A stretch of DNA of 64,000 nucleotides from Eukaryota sp. GEM-RC1. Its lineage: Eukaryota. The stretch's first letter is position 1. Each line of letters starts with the position of its first letter. A program made the position numbers and the translations under genes. The DNA lies in contig JAUFOQ010000004.1 in NCBI GenBank assembly GCA_040285855.1, positions 2,108,001 to 2,172,000 on the forward strand. The letters run 5' to 3'. Positions 60,365 through 64,000 of this stretch are shown here, in pieces. Under the pieces are notes generated by a model, which ran no database searches, had not been told where the DNA came from, and was given only the letters and a program-made list of their open reading frames with translations.

Positions 60365-63300
60365 ATGATGATCCCGATTGTTGTGTTCCTCTTGCTTTCA
60401 GCTCTTTGTCACTGTTCTTCTGTGTGGTCTCTTTCTCAAAATGGGTTTTGGACTACCGATATCAATTGGACCCCGCCTGAAGTTCCTTCTGAAACATCAT
60501 CTGTTCAGTTCACTACCTTATCGTCTCCTATCACCGTTACTATCGATTCTCCCGTCATTATAGGAAATCTCACCCTTGTTGATGACGTCACTCTTCTATT
60601 CACTAACAATGCTTCTCTCACAGTGCTAAACTCTTTCACAATGTTTGGAGGTACTCTGCAAAGTCATTCCTCTTCTTTTCTCTCCAACACTTCCACACCT
60701 TATCTTGTACTTGATGGCTTTGACTTCTTTCTATTCTCTCATCTTTTAGTAATTACCACCAATATTACCTGGCGTAATGGTGTTCTCTTTGCTGATTCTA
60801 CAAGTGAACTTCTGTTAAGAGACTGTGATTCTCAAATCAAACATACTGCAAATTTCCAAGGGAGTAACATTATCTATGGCTGGGGACTCAATGTCAACGG
60901 ACAATTAGGCTTAAGTCACAATAACAATCAGTTTAATCCTTCTTCAGTGTTATTTCCTTCTAAAGTGCGGCAAGCTTCACTGGGACGTTTTCACTCGTTA
61001 GTTTTGTTAGCCAATGGTGACGTTTACACATCTGGAAGCAATCATCATGGACAATTGGGGCATAATGACGGTGATGCAAACTTCTTCAGAAAAATTGAAA
61101 TTTCTAGAATTATTCAGGTCAACACTGGTACACATTCCTCCTTTGCACTCACTTCCAATGGATTGGTACTAGTCTGGGGCCGTAACAATGACGATCATCA
61201 ATTGGGTTTGAACTCTACTGGCGACATTTTTGAACCAATCCTCAATCCAACCCTTTCTCACGTGATCCAACTCGCCGGAAAATTAAATTCTTTTTTTTGC
61301 TTTAAATTCCGATGGCAGAGTCTTCTCTTGGGGATCCAATTGGGAATCTAGACTATGTTTTCCAGATCCTCCAATTGTTACCACTCCAACTCTAATCGAA
61401 TCACTACCAAAAGTAACCTTTGTTGCTGCCGGTCGGTCTTCCTTTTCATTCTAGTGTCAGGAACTACTTCTATGTGTGGGTTCAAACTCGCTTCTTCTGG
61501 AACTATTTATCAAACCCCAACTCATTTCACTTCTCGTCTATTTGACTACATAGACCTGACAACATCTTCAGCTGCAGGAATTGATCCCAGTGATCAGCTT
61601 TGGGCGTGGGGAATTAATGCAGATGGAAGGCTAGGTGATCGTACAATCGTTCATCGATCAGATCCAGTCCCAACTCTCTCTAATGTTGTTGGTGTAGCTA
61701 TGGGCTCTGAGTTTGGAGTTGCTGTGGATACTTCTGGAGTTGTAAGGACTTGGGGTTTGAACCGAGACTATAGCTTGGCTAGAGAAGCTGGTTTTACTGC
61801 ATCGACGTTTCCTAGACCAATTCAAAATTTGATACACAATTCAAATATTCGATTTTCTAGTCATAATAGAGGTACTTTGGCTTATGAAGCAATGTCCCTA
61901 GGGGTATCCCCCCGGTTGATTGGTAACGTGACATTTACATTAGATCATTCAGAGTTGCTTCTTTCTCTGGTTACAATGTCAGTTTCCAATATATTTCTCT
62001 TTAACTCTTACTTATATGCTTTTGACGTGTTGTTTCTAAATTTGGATCTCATGAACTTGACTCAATCCATGGTGGTTCTTGGTGGAAAAACTACACTTGA
62101 AGCAGATATTCAGATTAGTCTGATTGACAGTGAGCTCTTTTTAAATGAAAACGTGACATTCCAATATTTTTCAATTGATTTGATTGCACTGGAAAGCATT
62201 ATTTCCGTGTCTGCTGAATATCTTCAATTTAACGCACTTTACCTTTTCCATTCAACTCTTTCTTCCATGTCAAATGTAGATCTCCTTTTCAACTCTTTTG
62301 ATTGTGTAAGTTGTCAAATTCTAACAAGCCATTCAATCTTAGTTACTGATCAATTCTTAGTTTCCTCAGCCAACTTTTTCTTCTACAATGTTTGTGACAG
62401 AATCTGTTTCTACTGCACTTCTTACAGGTAATATCAGGACATCCAACTCAATTCACTTACTGTGCAACGTCACCCTTGTAGACTTGGATTTATCAGAACT
62501 ACCTTCTACTTCCTTGTCCGAACTACCTTTTACTTCTTCTCCCTCTTTAACATTTTATTCTTCAGTTTGGCTTTGTAACAGGATCTCTGTTTTGATTAAT
62601 GTAGAGTTTCAACGACATGTATTTCTGTCTAATGCATCGTATTACTCAGATCGAGATTTAAAAATAGATTTTCTTTTGTCTGGGACGGGGGATATTTATA
62701 CTAATGTGTTGAATTCTGGTGGTTTAATCCCTAAATTACTTGAAATTGACGCACATTTGACTTTCTTTGCAGTTTCAAAACTACAAGTTTCGCTGTCATC
62801 TGGTATTATTCCTCTTTCTGTAGTTTCAACTGCTAGTTTATCGGGAGCTCTTGAAGTAGAAATTGATGTTGACAATGACACACTTATACATGATATAATT
62901 GGCAGAGAGTTCACTTTAGTGAGAGCCGGCGAAATAATTGGAAATTTTGATGACATTGATAGTGATTGTAATTCAATTTTATCTATTTCTTATACTGCTT
63001 CTTTTGTTATTGCTTCTGTTAATGATTACATTGTTAACTTGAACCAGGTTTCTTACATTTCTACTACTGGTTTTGATGATCCTTGTTGTGGAACTTTTAA
63101 CAGTCCCTGCGCTTCTTTTAAAGGAGTTTTAGAAAGAATGGGAAGAAAAGGGAAGGTTTATTTCCATGGAGGAAGTTACTCATTTAATCAAGGATTGGGG
63201 AAGGTAAGTAATGTTGATTGGGAGGTGATTGGTCTTGGTGATGTGAATATTGAAGGAATGTCGGAAACTTTATTTGAGATTGATGAATCTGTTTTTGTTC

Positions 63301-64000
63301 TCTCAAATGTTTTTGTAAATACTTCAACCTCTAGAACTTTTCATATTTCAAATTCCTCTGTTTCTGTCAATAACTCTACTTTTCAATCATTGAATATGTT
63401 TTCTGATGGAGTTGTTTTTGATTCCAGTTTTACTGTATGTTCATCTATTTTTATTTCATTTTCTTTTGAAATTGTAAGGTCTGACGCTGAATTTTCGAAT
63501 TCTACATTTGCTGGAGAAGTTTCAGGCTTTCTTTTTCAATTCTTTCATCATCTTTAGTAACAGTATCTACTTCAACTTTTGAAAAATTAATTGCAAATTC
63601 TCTTTTTGATTCCGATTCTTCGAGTTTGTTGTTATCACAGTCGATTTTTAGTAACACTATTTCTAGTTCCATTTTTAATCTGAACAATTCTGAATTGATA
63701 ATTAATCATTGTGACATTTTCAACAGCTATGGAGATTTCTTCATCGATGGGTATGAAAGCTCTTTGATTTTGAATTCTCCGGTTTTTCAGTTTTCAAATT
63801 TTACGCAATGGTTCAGTATTGCTGCTGGTTCATTTGATGGTCAACACATTTCGTTCTTTGAAATCAACCATGATGTTTTCTATTTTAATAATTGTTCAGA
63901 AGCTTTACTACAGAATGTTACAGTTGATGGATCAATCATAGATTCATTAATTTATTTAAAAAGTTCTAATATTTCAATTTCAGACATTTCTCTTCAGGGT
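60365..64000 (+). CDS. Second giant secreted RCC1-repeat / beta-helix-like protein, frameshifted, runs off the window
   Basis: Signal peptide MMIPIVVFLLLSALCHC. RCC1 repeats WGLNVNGQLGL and WGINADGRLGD. YISTTGFDDPCCGTFNSPCASF motif followed by Ser/Asn/Phe-rich repeats. Paralogous to 29370-35272. Confidence 0.8.

Overview
AT-rich, gene-dense nuclear DNA of a microbial eukaryote that uses the standard code and has 26-30-nt spliceosomal introns. Recognisable host genes are WASHC4, RPL27A, SPCS3, gamma-tubulin, RCL1, a PMP3-family proteolipid and tRNA-Arg(TCT). Expanded families include tandem-BTB, RI-like LRR, RING-SPRY, HMG-box and two giant secreted RCC1-repeat proteins. Intergenic space holds many CRE-like (RT + restriction-like endonuclease) non-LTR retrotransposon pieces and at least six hAT-like non-autonomous TIR elements with intact TSDs. 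Many genes are broken by single-base shifts, mostly at homopolymers, which probably reflects assembly indels. The main finding is an unusually large Fanzor1 (eukaryotic TnpB-like RNA-guided nuclease) at about 47202-51221. It reconstructs to about 1340 aa, keeps all three RuvC acidic residues, carries a long unknown N-terminal extension and a C-terminal CCHC zinc knuckle, and is followed by a structured candidate omegaRNA. All family assignments come from motif recognition; no database searches were run.
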